From contig NC_057718.1 of NCBI RefSeq assembly GCF_004010195.1, forward strand, positions 96,495,765-96,559,764: a DNA stretch of 64,000 nucleotides. The letters run 5' to 3'. Below, piece after piece: positions 27,817-40,153 of this stretch (the stretch's first letter is position 1; each line of letters starts with the position of its first letter). A program made the position numbers and the translations under genes. This stretch comes from Chiloscyllium plagiosum. Taxonomy: Eukaryota. The notes below the pieces were generated by a model that was not told the origin of the DNA, did not search any database, and saw only the letters and a program-made list of their open reading frames with translations.

Positions 27817-28205
27817 GGTCATGTTGCAGCTGTACAGGACATTGGTTAGGCCACTATTGGAATATTGCGTGCAATTCTGGTCTCCTTCCTATTGGAAAGA
27901 TGTTATGAAACTTGAGAGGGTTCAGAAAAGATTTACAAGGATGTTGCCAGGGTTGGAGGATTTGAGCTATTGGGAGAGGTTGAATAGTCGACCTCTCCCA
28001 ATAGCTCTGGAGTATTGGATGCTGAGGGGTGACCTGATAGAGGTTTATAAAATCATGAGGGGCATCGAAAGGGCAAATAGACAAGGTCTTTTCACTGGGG
28101 TGGGGGAGTCCAGAACTAGAGGCCATAGGTTTTAGGGTGAGAGGGGAAAGATATAAAAGAGACCTAAGGGGGCCAAATACTAGCGAATGAGACTAGATTA
28201 TTTTA
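27817..28205 (+). mobile_element. CR1/HER1 LINE ORF2 C-terminal fragment
   Basis: LYRTLVRPLLEYCVQFWSP...LRGDLIEVYKIMRG. Confidence 0.92.
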
Positions 28206-28260
28206 GTTAAAAATCACACAACATCAGGTTATAGTCCAACAGGTTTAATTGGAAGCCCAT

Positions 28261-28290
28261 TAGCTTTCGGAGCGACGCTCCTTCATCAGG
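28261..28290 (-). ncRNA. Minimal type I hammerhead ribozyme core (Penelope family 2)
   Basis: CTGATGA-aggagc gtc gctcc-GAAA-gcta: intact conserved boxes, stem II and palindromic AGCT stem III. Confidence 0.75.
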
Positions 28291-28590
28291 TGATAGTGGA
28301 GGGCTCGATCGTAACACAGAATTTATAGCAAAAATTTGCAGTGTGATGTAACTGAAATTATACATTGAAAAAATGATTGTCTGTTAAGACTTTCATCTGT
28401 TAGAATACAGTGATAGTTTCACTTCTTTCATGTGTAAATTACAAAACCCATTTTTTTAAAGTTCATTCTCGGGTTAGCTATTAACAATGGTGATAGCTAG
28501 ACAATATGTTGAAGGTGGATTAGTGGTGCTGGAAGAGCACAGCAGTTCAGGCAGCATCCAAGGACAGGCAAAATCAGAGGACAGGCAAAA

Positions 28591-28624
28591 TCGACGTTTC
28601 GGGCAAAAGCCCTTCATCAGGAAT
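28591..28624 (-). ncRNA. Minimal type I hammerhead ribozyme core (Penelope family 1)
   Basis: attc-CTGATGA-agggc tttt gccc-GAAA-cGTC; ACGT palindrome and GUC cleavage triplet. Confidence 0.75.
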
Positions 28625-29964
28625 AAAGGCAGAGAGCCTGAAGCGTGGAGAGATAAGCTAGAGGAGGGTAGGGGTGGGGATAGAGTAGCATAGAGTTGAA
28701 GGTGTTGGCCCCCTGTGTTCTCTGTCTATGCCATGATGTTTAGATTGATTCTAATCTAAAAAGTGAGATAACCGAGTTTTACATAAATTCATGCAGTTTT
28801 TGAGCTCAGAGTTCTACATGAATGTATGCAGTTTTTGAGCAAAGTNNNNNNNNNNNNNNNNNNNNNNNNNNNNNNNNNNNNNNNNNNNNNNNNNNNNNNN
28901 NNNNNNNNNNNNNNNNNNNNNNNNNNNNNNNNNNNNNNNNNNNNNNNNNNNNNNNNNNNNNNNNNNNNNNNNNNNNNNNNNNNNNNNNNNNNNNNNNNNN
29001 NNNNNNNNNNNNNNNNNNNNNNNNNNNNNNNNNNNNNNNNNNNNNNNNNNNNNNNNNNNNNNNNNNNNNNNNNNNNNNNNNNNNNNNNNNNNNNNNNNNN
29101 NNNNNNNNNNNNNNNNNNNNNNNNNNNNNNNNNNNNNNNNNTCTGACACGTCTTGCAGCGTCCACCGTGACAGGGTTGTATGGAGTTGTCCTGAGAGCCG
29201 GGCAGTTTGCTACGAACAATGATCTGTTTGAGGTTTGGTGGTTGTTTAAAGGTAAGTAGTGGAGGTGTGGGGAAGGTCTTGGTGAGGTGCTCATCCTCAT
29301 TGATAATGTGTTTCAGGTCACGAAGAACATGGCGAAAGTGGCCGAGCGGGTTGGGGTGAATTTATACGGGGGGGCTAACTTTGTACACCCTAGTCCAACA
29401 TCGGCATCTCCAAATCAAGATATCTGGTCGACGTGGAGGAGTTGGACCGAAGGGTCTGATTCCCCATGCTGTACATCTCGATGACTCTATGAGAAGGGTC
29501 AAGCCATTTCGAATGAAGATGAGGAGGGATTTTTTTTTCACTCAGGTGGAGAACTTTTGGAATTCTCTACCCAAGGTGACTGTTCAAGAAACAGGATGAT
29601 AGATTTCCAGATCTTGATGGTGTCATGGAGTATGGAAATAGCGCACGAAAATGGCATATAATTAGGTGATCAACCATAATCCAATTGAATGGCAGAACCG
29701 ACAGGGACTGACTGGACCAATTTTGCTCCTTTGTCCTTACAGTCCTACAAGTATTCCTTGTGCCTGTTCATATTCATTGATCCAACCAATGGGCTCACGC
29801 GTCGGAAATATTCTGTCCCGATGGATTGGCACTGCTAGGTTCCATAGCCATTTAAACTTTTCAATACCATTTTGCACTGGGTGTTTGGGAAGTGGGTTCA
29901 GGGGAAGCAATAGCCCATTGCATAAATGAAAACAATTGTAAATCATTTATTCAACTGCAAAGAG

Positions 29965-30525
29965 TTTTTTTAAATTTCAAAGAATATGTTATTCATGAAA
30001 TATCTTTATAATACACATAGTCACAGATATAGTACAATAGATTCTCAAGGAAACAATCAAACAATGAACTTTGACTTCATTCAAACAAACCAAACGTATC
30101 TCTTACTTGAAGGAGGCTGTATTTAAATGCATTTGCGGCAACAACAACAGGGTCTGATATAAATCTTCATATAGCTTTGGCAGAAAAGCGTCAGACAGTG
30201 GTCTTTCCCCACTGCACCTTTGCCCAAGCTTTAGTGGGTCTCTCAGCATGTAGCCCTGGACCTTGGAATGTGTCAGTCTGCAACACTCGGTCAAGGTCAA
30301 CTCCTTGTCCTGGAAGACCAACACGATTCGGGCAGACCAGAGAGCATCTCTCAACAAGCTGTTGGCCCCCCCAGGCACAGTCTATGTACATCCTGGGGAG
30401 CAAGATAATCATAAGTCAGAAAACAGCCCAAGTTCTGTACTCATGTGGGTTGCTTTGGCCACAGGAGAGCTTAGCTTGCAATCCATAGCACGTCTTCCTT
30501 TTGATTACCACTAATCGACAGATGT
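29965..30525 (-). mobile_element. Tx1 (L1 clade) LINE 3' fragment
   Basis: DALWSARIVLVFQDKELTLTECCRLTHSKVQ...KVQWGKTTV* followed by a 3'UTR and A-rich end. Confidence 0.8.
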
Positions 30526-30711
30526 AGTGAGACAGTCAGCGAACTGTAGTTCCTGGGTGGTTTGCATAATCGCGAATGTTGAGCGGGAAGCAGCACTCTT
30601 AGGGGGCAATGCTTTCTCAGTCCACCTCACACACCAAAAAGATTCGGAACAAATTGATGGCACATTATTGGATCCGTGAACTTGGTTGTCTTTATTACAA
30701 GTCTTACAAGA

Positions 30712-31100
30712 AGGAGAAAGTGAGGACTGCAGATGCTGGAGATCAGAGTCGAAGAGTGTGGTGCTGGAAAAGCACAGCAGGTCAGGCAGCATCCGAGGAG
30801 CAGGAGAGTCACCGTTTCGGGCATAAGCTCTTCATCAGGAATGGGGGGGGCACAATGTGGCCTAGAGATAAACAGGAGGCAGATGAGGCTGTGGGCAAGG
30901 TAGCTAGGAATGTGATAGGTAGATGAAGGTGGGCGGTAGTGGTGAAAGGTCAGAGGAGAGGGTGGAGCGGATAGGTGGGAAGGATGATGGATACATAGGA
31001 CAGTTCAAGAGGGCGGTGCTGAGTTAGAGGACTGGATCTGGGATAAGGTGGGGGTAAGGGAAATGAGGAAATGGATCCCATGTGGTTGGAGAGTCCCAAG
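30712..31100 (-). mobile_element. Penelope-like 3' fragment
   Basis: Terminal repeat plus purine-rich 3'UTR, as at 50155-50530. Confidence 0.8.
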
Positions 31101-32004
31101 GCAAAAGGCAAACAACACCAGACCCTCTTTTGATATTTCAATGAGGGACAAGTTTTAATTTTGCTGTCAGCACTAAAATTAATTTTGGTCAGTCTGCACT
31201 GAAATACAGAGCCCCTGATAAAATGTCAGCAGCCACACAGCCACAAAACAGATAGTTTGTGAAGTGATGACTGTTTGGTTGTATTTCTGAAAAAACTGAC
31301 TTAAGCTTCCGTCATGACACTTAATGGATAAGTACATTGTGTAGTTTGGTACCAAGCTGCCCAGAGTTGCTTTGATTCACAGCCTGTGTTGAGATATCGA
31401 ATCTCAAGTAGAAATTAGAGTTTCTAGGTTGTTCTCAGAACCTCAAGGCAAGGGAGGAGAGGTTGAAATCAGAGAGGGATTCTGTTCCTGATTACTATCT
31501 CCTGACACTTGATCAAAAATGGGTGTGTGTGGATGACATGTAAGGACATGGTCAAATTCAGGTGCGTTGCCGCCCACAACCAAATGCCCAGGCCTAAAAT
31601 TCACTGTGCGTGCACACATCTGAAGGACAGTAATGAGACCAAAGCCTCGGGGGTAAACCAGTCCCTGTGAAACCCTAACCCTGCAAATGCCTGCGCCATC
31701 AAGTCAGGTTGAAAATTTGAAAATGGAGGCAGGATCTTCACCCAGCAACGCTGTCAAATTCCAGAATCATTTTTTGGTAAGCACTCCATAATCCATTTCT
31801 AATTACCCTGAGAATTTTTATTATCTGCCTGTCAGCAGCTGATTGAGTCAATTAAACTCATCCCATCGCTACATCCAATGTGTTGTCGGTGTCATAATTG
31901 CTGCAATTATTGAAAGTACACCCACATTATTTATTCATGAGTATAAAGATGAATTCAGTTCTTAAATATGGCAATGCGCAGTTAAAGACTCTTATAATAT
32001 TTTG

Positions 32005-32615
32005 CCTGATGGGAATTTTGGCATTTATTGCTGAACGAATAGACTATAAAATTGGGACAGTGTTTCTGCAACTGTACAAAGCATTTGTAAGAGCGTACCT
32101 CGAGTATTGTCTATAGATTTTGGTCCCTTACTTGAGGGGAGATGTAGATGCATTGGAGGTAATTCAGAGGAGATTCAAGGGAGCAATTCCAGAGATTGGG
32201 AGGTGGGGACGTTGTCTTATGAAGAGAGATTGAGCATTTTGAGCCTATCCCCTCTGGAGTTTAGAAGAATAAGAGAAGACCAATATAAGATGCTGAAGGG
32301 GATTGACAAAGTAGACATAGAGCAATCCCTTGCGTGGGATCTAGAATGAGAGGTCTTAGTTTTACGATAAAGGGTGACAGGTTGAAAACAGGGATAAGGA
32401 GGAATTGCTTCGCTGAAAGGGTGGGGAGTCTGTAGAATTCACTATCCCAGAGTGCAGTGGAGAGGGAACAATTCGAAGGAGGAGATGGACAGATTTTTAA
32501 TTCGTAATGGGTTAAAGAGTTAAGGAGAGCGGGCAGGAAAGTGATATTGAGGCTGAGATTTATCAAATGGTGGAACAGGTTCAAGGGGCTTACTCCTGCT
32601 CCTAGCTCTTATGTT
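32005..32615 (+). mobile_element. Degraded CR1 LINE
   Basis: LQLYKAFVRAYLEYC and LSYEERLS motifs. Confidence 0.85.
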
Positions 32616-33317
32616 TTGAAGGTTTTGGTACCTTTTGTGATTATTCAGGTTAGTCACGACTAAGCAACGCCTGAATATTTTTAGAATATTGCGTGATTCA
32701 CTAAATTCACGCTTGAACTGTCGCGCCTTTTTCTTTATAATTACTACATGAGCCTACAGGTAAAGTCAGACATTTTCCTTTACAAGTACTGTCCGTGACT
32801 TTGTCATTGTTTAGGAATTAACAGTAAAGCAAAACTATTAATTGTACCTGATTTGCAAAGTTCATTATTTTAACCCTTAAGTGGTTGCCTGAGCTCTCAG
32901 GAATGGTAGGAATTCATGGCGTGGGATTTCCTCCTGGCAGGTAATAGGGAAGGGTGTTGCATATTAATGAGATGAGATGTGCAGTTAATGAGGTTGATCA
33001 CAATCAGCCATCCCCATTAATAGGCTACTCACCGCTGCCCTCTCAGGAGCCCTGTCTCAACATCTGGGACTTCATTGGAAAGTGCAGTCAGTTGTCCCCA
33101 ATGTCCAGCCAATCGTCCCCAATGTCCAGCTAATCATTCCCAATATCTGGAACTTCATTGGAAAGTGCAGCCAATCATACCCAGTGTCCAGAGCGGCCTC
33201 ACTGGGCTCCTTTCCTGATATTTCCAGGTTTCATGTCAATGACCACATTACTCAGGACCTAATTCGATTCCATCCAAAGTCTCCTATCCTTGTTTGTAAT
33301 TCTTACAAAAGTCTTAA

Positions 33318-33742
33318 CGGGTAGCATGGTGGCTGAGTGGTTAGCATCACTGCCTCACAGCACCAGGGTCCCCAGGTTCGATTCCAGCCTCAGGTGACTG
33401 CCTGTGTGGAGTTTGCACATTCTCCCCATGTCTGTGTGGGCTTCCCTGGTTTCCTCCCACAGTCCAAAGATGTGCAGGTCAGGTGAATTGGCCATGCTAA
33501 CTTGCCTATAGTGTTAGGTGTATTAGTCAGAGGGAAATGGGTCTGGGTGAGTTACTCTTCGGAGGGTTGGTGTGGGCTGAAGGATCTGTTTCCACATTGT
33601 AGGGAATTAATTCCTGAAGAAGGGCTAATGCCCGAAACGTCGATTCTACTGTTCCCTAGATGCTGCCTGACCTGCTGCGCTTTTCCAGCAACACATTTCC
33701 ATCTCTGATCTCCAGCATCTGCAGACCTCACTTTCTCCTCCA
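33318..33742 (+). mobile_element. HE1 SINE followed by a Penelope terminal repeat with an intact hammerhead core (33614-33641)
   Basis: HE1 head, core and tail, then CTGAAGA-agggc taat gccc-GAAA-cGTC. Confidence 0.85.
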
Positions 33743-36089
33743 ATTAAATCCAATATCAACAGCAGCCCCCCACTTCTGATTTTAGTCAATGTTTTCAATC
33801 CCACAAACCTCCAAGATATCTGTGCTCACTAATCCTGGCCTTTAGACCATCCCAGAATTCAATGACGCTATCTTCAGTGATCATGCCTTCAGCTGTCTCG
33901 GCCATCAGCTCCAGCATCTACTTTCTGCCACTCTTTGTTTTTATTCATTTGGGATGTGTGTATTTATAGCAGTCTTCACTTTCTCTAGTTGATATGGATT
34001 TCAAGTGTTCTCATTTCCCCTCCCTCCACAATATCCCAGTCCCAAGTGTCCAACTCGGCACCACTCTCCTGACCTGTGCATCACCTTTCCCATCTATCCA
34101 CCCCAACTCCCGTCTCCGACTATCACTTTCTCCTTCACCTTCATCTACCTATCACATTCCCAGCTACCTCCCCCCCAAACCCCAATCCCCAATCCCCTCC
34201 CATTTATCTCTCAGCCCCTCAGCCCACAAACCTCATTCCTGATGAAGGGCTTATGCCTGAAACGTCGATTCTCCTGCTCCTCGGATGCTGCCTTGTCTGT
34301 GGTGCTTTTCCAGTAACACAGTCATGTGTGTATTTATTGCCCATTCCTAATTGCCCAGAGGGCAGTTAAGAGTCAATCCCATTGCTGTGGGTCTGGAGTC
34401 ACATGTCAGCCAGACCAGGTAAGGATGGCGGTTTCCTTCCCTGAAGAACATTCGTGAACCAGATGGGTTTTTTCCAAAAATTGACAATAGTCATCATCAG
34501 ACTCTTAACTCTAGATATTTATTAAATTCAAATTTCACCATCTGCAATGGCAGGATTTGAACCCCAGTTCTCAGAACATGGCCTGGGTCTCCGGATTAAT
34601 CATCTAGTGATAATACCGCCATTACTTCCCCTCTGCCAAGCTGGACCCAACCAACGCCAAAGTCACCAGTCCTCTGGCGCCATCCTTCCCCGCTGGACCA
34701 ATGTCTCCTCTGCCAACCAACAACAAGGGAGTTCAAGCTGCCATGTTTGATATGTAGCAGTCTGGAGTTAGAGACAGGGATGATGGAGGTTCCAAAGCCT
34801 TTGGCTGACCATAACTCTCTTACTGCCTGTATTGGAAGAATTCACAATTGGAAGCATGCGACACGCACCCTTTATCTTCCTTGCCCATCAGGTCCTGGAG
34901 CAGGGTTTGGAACCCAGAGCTTGAGTTCAGTGGTGGGAATGGAACTCACTGCATCACAAGTCCTCCTTGGTATGTGCAGAACAATTTAATCTCAGTTTTG
35001 GAGATAAGGTTTGAGTGGGAGGTCAACCCTCAAATATGCAACATGGGTGGCAAGTATGGCTATGGTAACAGGAAGGGTGACAACTGGAACCAAGAGGGGT
35101 GCACCTGATGGGTTTAAACGAAGAAGAAAATTTGAGTTGGGCATTATCACTGGCATATCTTCTCCAACAATGTAGAGGCCATTGATTCCAATCCCAGGTC
35201 CTGTGCTCACCCCAGCAAAGGACTCGACAGGGTAGATGCAGAAAAATTGCTCCACCTTGTGGAAGAGCGTGGGACCTGAGGGCAAAATCACACATGGCTG
35301 TTGGGATTGGCTCATTAAGTGCATTCGAGGTTGAGATGGACAGATTTGTAATCAGTGAGGGTATCAGAGTTTATGGTGGTGACGCGAGAAAGTGGAGTCG
35401 AGGATTTCCAGGTCAGCACACGATCTCATTGACTGACGGAGCAGAGTCGATTGGGCCCAAATGGCCTACCTTACAGTCTCTTAATGTGTGAAAGGTTGAT
35501 CGGTGACAATTAAAGGAGATGCGAGCATTCAAAAAACGTCTCAAATCTCTATGACCTCTGCCCGGCCAGCAAGCCAGCTTGCTAAAGCAGTTAATGACCA
35601 CACGGATTTTAAGCTTGAGTTTGGAGAAAATCTGATGCTCGTATTGAGGATCTAAAATCTGGAATTAGACCGTTGTCCGGAGTAACCATTTTCATGCATG
35701 CTTTTATTGACAACAAAAGGGCCTCTTAATACAAAGTAACATAACAAAATGGCTTCAGGCTGCAAATTAACACTGTGTTTAAAATTGCTTCTCACCCTGC
35801 TAAGGGCTGCATTCCTGTCTTGCTGAGCTATCTGAATCAAAGATGAAGCAGAACGATGGACCCTTCATAGCATGGAATTAACTAAGCTAGATAGGACATT
35901 ACTAACCATTTCAGTTAACCTTGAAATGCAGGTGGAAAGAGATAAATGCGTTGTAAACAACTTTCTTTTCCAGAAAATATCATTGGGTTAACCTGCTGTC
36001 CATTAGCTCATTTATTACATTTTATTGGATTTATTCTGTAATTAAGGCTGTACTATTTCTTAAGAAACATATAAAGATTGCCTTTGTTC

Positions 36090-36453
36090 TAAGTGGAAGT
36101 GCGCAGTTTCACTAAGGAACGCAGAAGCTTCTAACCTCTGTCTTGCTGGACAAAGTTGTGCCCGGCGTCATAATAAACTGAAATCTTGCCGAAGCAGACC
36201 ACATTCCTTTTGATTATTAGACCGATCGTAGAATCAAGAGACCCCTCCCAGGGTGTTGAGATCTTCAGTATTGGCAATGAAAACCCTGGCAGCAAACCAT
36301 GATGCCCTGGTCCTCTTATTAGGCTCAGCTCCAATATAAACGTTGAAACGGCAGGCCCAGGCAGGGTTGCTCAATACGCAGAGCAGCCGGAGATCAGAAG
36401 GCCGAAGACTGCCCCACAGGAAAGCTAACCAAGGGCAGTCTGACCAGTACACC
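36090..36453 (+). promoter_or_regulatory. Candidate promoter/5'UTR of the IL7-like gene with an IRF-E-like motif
   Basis: aaactgaaa at 36175-36183, ~270 nt upstream of the ATG; agtttcact near 36105; ccaatataaa at 36331-36340; locally more CpG. Confidence 0.4.
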
Positions 36454-36463
36454 ATGTGGACCA
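36454..36463 (+). pseudogene. IL7-like candidate exon 1 coding part (ATG TGG ACC A|gt)
   Basis: Kozak-like caccATG with exactly 10 coding nt before a GT, the phase-1 arrangement recalled for mammalian IL7 exon 1. It lies in a locally CpG-richer, non-repeat region. The donor gtgcct is weak. Confidence 0.45.
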
Positions 36464-37825
36464 GTGCCTGGAGCTGTGTTGGGTACCCGGGGACCGGAGG
36501 GTGTGGGGGGAGTCGAGTTGTCTAATCACCAATTTTTATTGTGCGTTGTTTTTGGCTACGTTGTGTTTTGTAGACTGCTTTCTCTTGTGCCTGGGTGCGG
36601 GCGATGTGTGAAGTGTTTGAAATTATATATTGTGGAATTTTGCCTGCTGTAGACATTACCCTGAGGGGCTGAAACAAACTCCTCTGCGGACTTTAGTCCT
36701 TGTGGTACCTTCTAAAAGGAGAGCGAGCTGAGTGAAAACTCCATTTGTTTTATGTCGTGTTGTTGTTTTGTGAGATTTCGGGCACCCCATGGTTGTGTCC
36801 TTGTTTCTCTTGTGTATTGTTAATGCTGCATTGTATTTTGCATAACTATGAATAAGAAAGAAATTGAAGTGTTCATTAATGCACAGACACTGCGCACAAT
36901 CATTAAGGAGAACACATCGACATGCAGTTGTGACATTTGCGAAGAGTGCAATTTACTGAAAAGGCCCTGTTTAATGTTGTGTCTATTGTCGAGAAAAGTA
37001 TTGGACCTGTCTTCTTGAGGAAGGAAAATGTGGAGGAGTAAATTGATAAAAACCTTTAAAATTAACAAAAACAAGGGATTTGTTCAAGTGAACGTGGAGA
37101 ATGTGTTTCCACATCTGGAAAGGGGTGTGATTAGAACCATGAATATGGGGCAGACGTTCATAAGTGTAGTCAGGAAGTCCGCTGTCAGCTCTTGGACCGA
37201 GTGTTTAAGAGAAAGCTGGACAGAAACAAGAGAAGAAGGAACAGGAGGACATGTTGATGGGTTGAGGCAAGGAAGGAGATTTGTGTTGGACATTGCCATT
37301 GGCATGAAACATTTCACTTGAATCCATTGTGTTGCTGCTCACTGAGGGAGTGTGAGTCACCATGGTAACATGCATGTTTGACATGGAGCAGTCTGGAGTT
37401 ATAGACAGTGATGATGGATTTTCCAAAGCCCTTGGTTGACCATGACTCAGCATCTCTCTTACTGCCTGTATTGGAAGAACTTGCACATGACACGCACCCT
37501 TCATCTTCCTTGCCTATCAGGTCCTGGAGCAGGGTTTGGAACCCGGAGCTTCTAATGCAGAGGTGGGAAGACCTCTTCGGCACATGCAGTACATTCAATT
37601 TAAGCTCAGTTTTGGAGCAACACAAACATAGATTTGAGTTTGCACAAATATGCAACATGGGTGACAAGTGTGGCTATGGAAAAGGGGACAACTAGGTCCA
37701 AGAGGGCACACATGACAGGGTACACCGAGGGATGCACCACTTAAAATGCAGCACTTTTAGCTGACTATTTATGAGGCCATTTTGTACATAAAGATGTCAG
37801 TAATAGTTGTAAGAGGCACAAAAAA

Positions 37826-38377
37826 ATGGGGAATTGTATCCGAAACATTTTGGCTCTGGTGCTTTTGCTATTTGTGCTCTTGACCTTCTGCCAATCGGAA
37901 GTTTCTCTCTGGCTACTCTGCCTGTGATTGTGAACAGTCTCCTCACAAGCTTCTCTTCTCTCAAGAGCTTGGCTCTTGTTTCTTCAAACTGTCCTTCATT
38001 TCTGCAGAACAGCCTACAACGGGCAGCACGGTGCCTCAGTGGTTAGCACTGCTGCCTCACAGCACAGGGACTGGGGCTTGATTCCACCCTCGGGCGTCTG
38101 TGTGGAGTCTGCACGTTATCTCTGCGTCTGTGCAGTTTCCTCAGCTGCTGTGGTTTCCTCCCCCAGTCCAAAGATGTGCAGGTTAGGTAGATTGGCCATG
38201 CTAAATTGCTCACAGTGACCAGGGATGGGTGGGTTAGCCTTGGGAAATGCAGGGTGATCGGGTAGGGGATTGGGTCTGAACAGGCCGCTCTTTGAAGGGC
38301 TAGTGTGGACTCTATGGGCTGAATGGCCTGCTTCCATACTGTAAGGATTCCATGAACAGAAAATTGACAGATTAGGG
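37826..38377 (+). pseudogene. IL7-like exon 2 remnant (signal peptide and helix A), interrupted by an HE1 SINE
   Basis: MGNCIRNILALVLLLFVLLTFCQS from 37826. A shifted frame reads GYSACDCEQ...SFISAEQ (37911-38012; cf. SSDCDIE). After the SINE it reads KIDRLG (38360-38377; cf. SIDQLL). No intact acceptor AG. Confidence 0.6.
38021..38353 (+). mobile_element. HE1 SINE inside IL7-like exon 2
   Basis: Full HE1; possible short TSD gaacag at 38007 and 38354. Confidence 0.88.
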
Positions 38378-38766
38378 TTACTGCACTTTCTGATGCTTTC
38401 AGTTTCTCCATTTGAATGTATTTAGGTCTTTGCATTTGCAGACTTCCACAGCTTATTAGTATTCTGTCAGCAATCTTCCTTCCCTTTGCAAATGGCATCC
38501 TGCAGAAAGTCTGTGGGGGAAGAGAACAGAGACAATTTTTGCCTCACTACATTATTACCTCTTTATCATTAGCTGTGACCCATGCCACATACTTCAGCAA
38601 ATTGATTCTGCGATGGGAGAGTAACTGGTAGCTCTTTCATTTTAATTGGTGGGTCAAGGGTCATAAACTTTGGAATTCCATATTAAATTTGATCAAAACA
38701 CAGCGTTTCTCCGGTCAACGTTACTTAGCACTGTCTCATTCCAAAAATTCTGAGTCTCTGATACAG

Positions 38767-38871
38767 TACGATTAGAAGCAAAGATGTAGAGACCCATTTT
38801 TGCGCATTGTTGAAGATGTGACCACCAAACAAGAAGCATTCAGGTTACCATATAGAGCCTCAAGCCTTGAA
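38767..38871 (+). pseudogene. IL7-like candidate exon 3
   Basis: gatacag|...gaa|gtttgt, 105 nt, phase 0/0, reading YD*KQRCRDPFLRIVEDVTTKQEAFRLPYRASSLE with one TAG. Assigned by position; sequence similarity is weak. Confidence 0.4.
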
Positions 38872-39081
38872 GTTTGTTTAAGCTGTGATTTTAGAAGTTA
38901 AATGATTTTATGTTATTTGTATATTATAGTAACAAGTGTGCTTCTTCTTCTCTGACGTATTTATGAGTTTTCTTCTAATAATTTTGTCCCGTGGTTCCAC
39001 AGCAGGGACCCTCGATACTATTGTACTGAATCATTTTGCTAGATACTAAACGTGACTTAACGTTTCCTCTGTTTCTTTCAG

Positions 39082-39225
39082 TGTAAATGGGATCTTTCTC
39101 CAGAATTGTGCAAGAAAGCTAAACAGACAGTGAAAATGTTTTGCTGCTTCCACGTAATTAACTACAAAATGAAAACGCCCTAATCTGATTGCAGCCAAAC
39201 ATTACTGTTTCCTTGTACACTCCAG
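39082..39225 (+). pseudogene. IL7-like exon 4 remnant (helices B-C)
   Basis: Strong acceptor tttcctctgtttctttcag. Reads VNGIFLQNCARKL, then a 1-nt frameshift at ~39121, then KQTVKMFCCFHVINYKMKTP*SDCSQTLLFPCTLQ with TAA at 39181. Confidence 0.75.
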
Positions 39226-39474
39226 TTACAGCTTTGGATGCCTCCCAGTGCTTTTGCCTGGTCAGGTTTTCTTTATCAGTCATACTTCTGCATAGGGGCC
39301 TGGGACACCTTACCACTGTCACAAAGCAAATGAACAAGAGGAGAACATTCAGCCCCTCAAATCATTCCACCGCTCAAGGAGATGATAGCTTCCATTCTTG
39401 GCTCCACATCCCTTTGCACTCTTGGCCAATAAACATCTACCATTCTCACATTTAAAAGCTATCTGAACTTTATA

Positions 39475-40153
39475 GAGGTAGACAACCCTTTATCTGAAAT
39501 CCTAAAATCCGAAAAGCTCCAGAGTCTGAAGGCTTTTTTGTGAAGTTGTTTTTCTCATTAACGTGGTTGTTTGGCGTGCAAACAGTTAACCCAAGTCATA
39601 GAGTCATAGAGATGTACAGCATGGAAACAGACCCTTCAGTCCAACCCGTCCATGCCGACCAGATATCCCAACCCAATCTAGTCCCACCTGCCAGAACCTG
39701 GCCCATATCCCTCCAAACCCTTCCTATTCATATACCCATCCAAATGCCTCTTAAATGTTGCAATTGTACCAGCCTCCACCACTTCCTCTGGCAGCTCATT
39801 CCATACACGTACCACCCTCTGTGTGAGAAAGTTGCCCGGAGGATTTTTTTTTATATCTTTCCCCTTTCATCCTAAACCTATGCCCTCTAGTTCTGGGCTC
39901 CCTGACCCCTGGGAAAAGACTTTGTCTATTTACCCTATCCATGCCCCTCATAAAGATGTAACGTGTGGGGGCGTGACCCAGCACTGGCAGGCCTCAATTC
40001 TGTCTCAAGGTCCGTTTTGTCATGAGTCATGCTCCTCCGGTAAGATTTTTAAAAATTTCACCATCAAACTGTCACTTATTCTGAAATTCGAAAAATTCTG
40101 AATTCTGAAAACCAGCTGGTCCCAGGCATTTTGGATAAAGGATGGTGCACCTG
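39475..40153. mobile_element. Tc1/mariner Tigger-like MITE interrupted by a CR1 (~39595-39950, -)
   Basis: Imperfect TIRs aggtagacaaccctttatctgaaat / attttggataaaggatggtgcacct. The right end resembles the recalled MER46/Tigger4 terminus. Confidence 0.65.

Larger units (their letters stand above)
28206..29420 (-). mobile_element. Second Penelope-like family element (spans gap 28846-29141) with a nested family-1 fragment at 28518-28694
   Basis: Minus strand reads FKQPPNLKQIIVRSKLP...PCHGGRCKTC (RT/GIY-YIG Cys linker). The nested insert has TSD gttgaaggtg at 28508 and 28695. Confidence 0.85.
34740..37710 (+). repeat. Pair of diverged ~350-bp direct repeats (~34740-35110 and ~37372-37710)
   Basis: Shared catgtttga..agcagtctggagtta, ctcttactgcctgtattggaagaa, tcaggtcctggagcagggtttggaaccc and caaatatgcaacatgggtg. 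Confidence 0.85.

Noticed and set aside
26216..29300. Long ORFs of up to 522 aa
   Set aside because: Inflated by N gaps; only the Penelope RT portion is real.
30535..30710. Octamer/SPH/PSE-like motifs suggesting an snRNA promoter beside a Tx1 element
   Set aside because: The motifs are degenerate and no snRNA sequence is recognisable downstream.
33060..33185. Short ~21-nt tandem units and a ~30-nt duplication (also 20-nt units at 58801-58862) resembling a CRISPR-like array
   Set aside because: No unique spacers and a eukaryotic context; ordinary slippage repeats.
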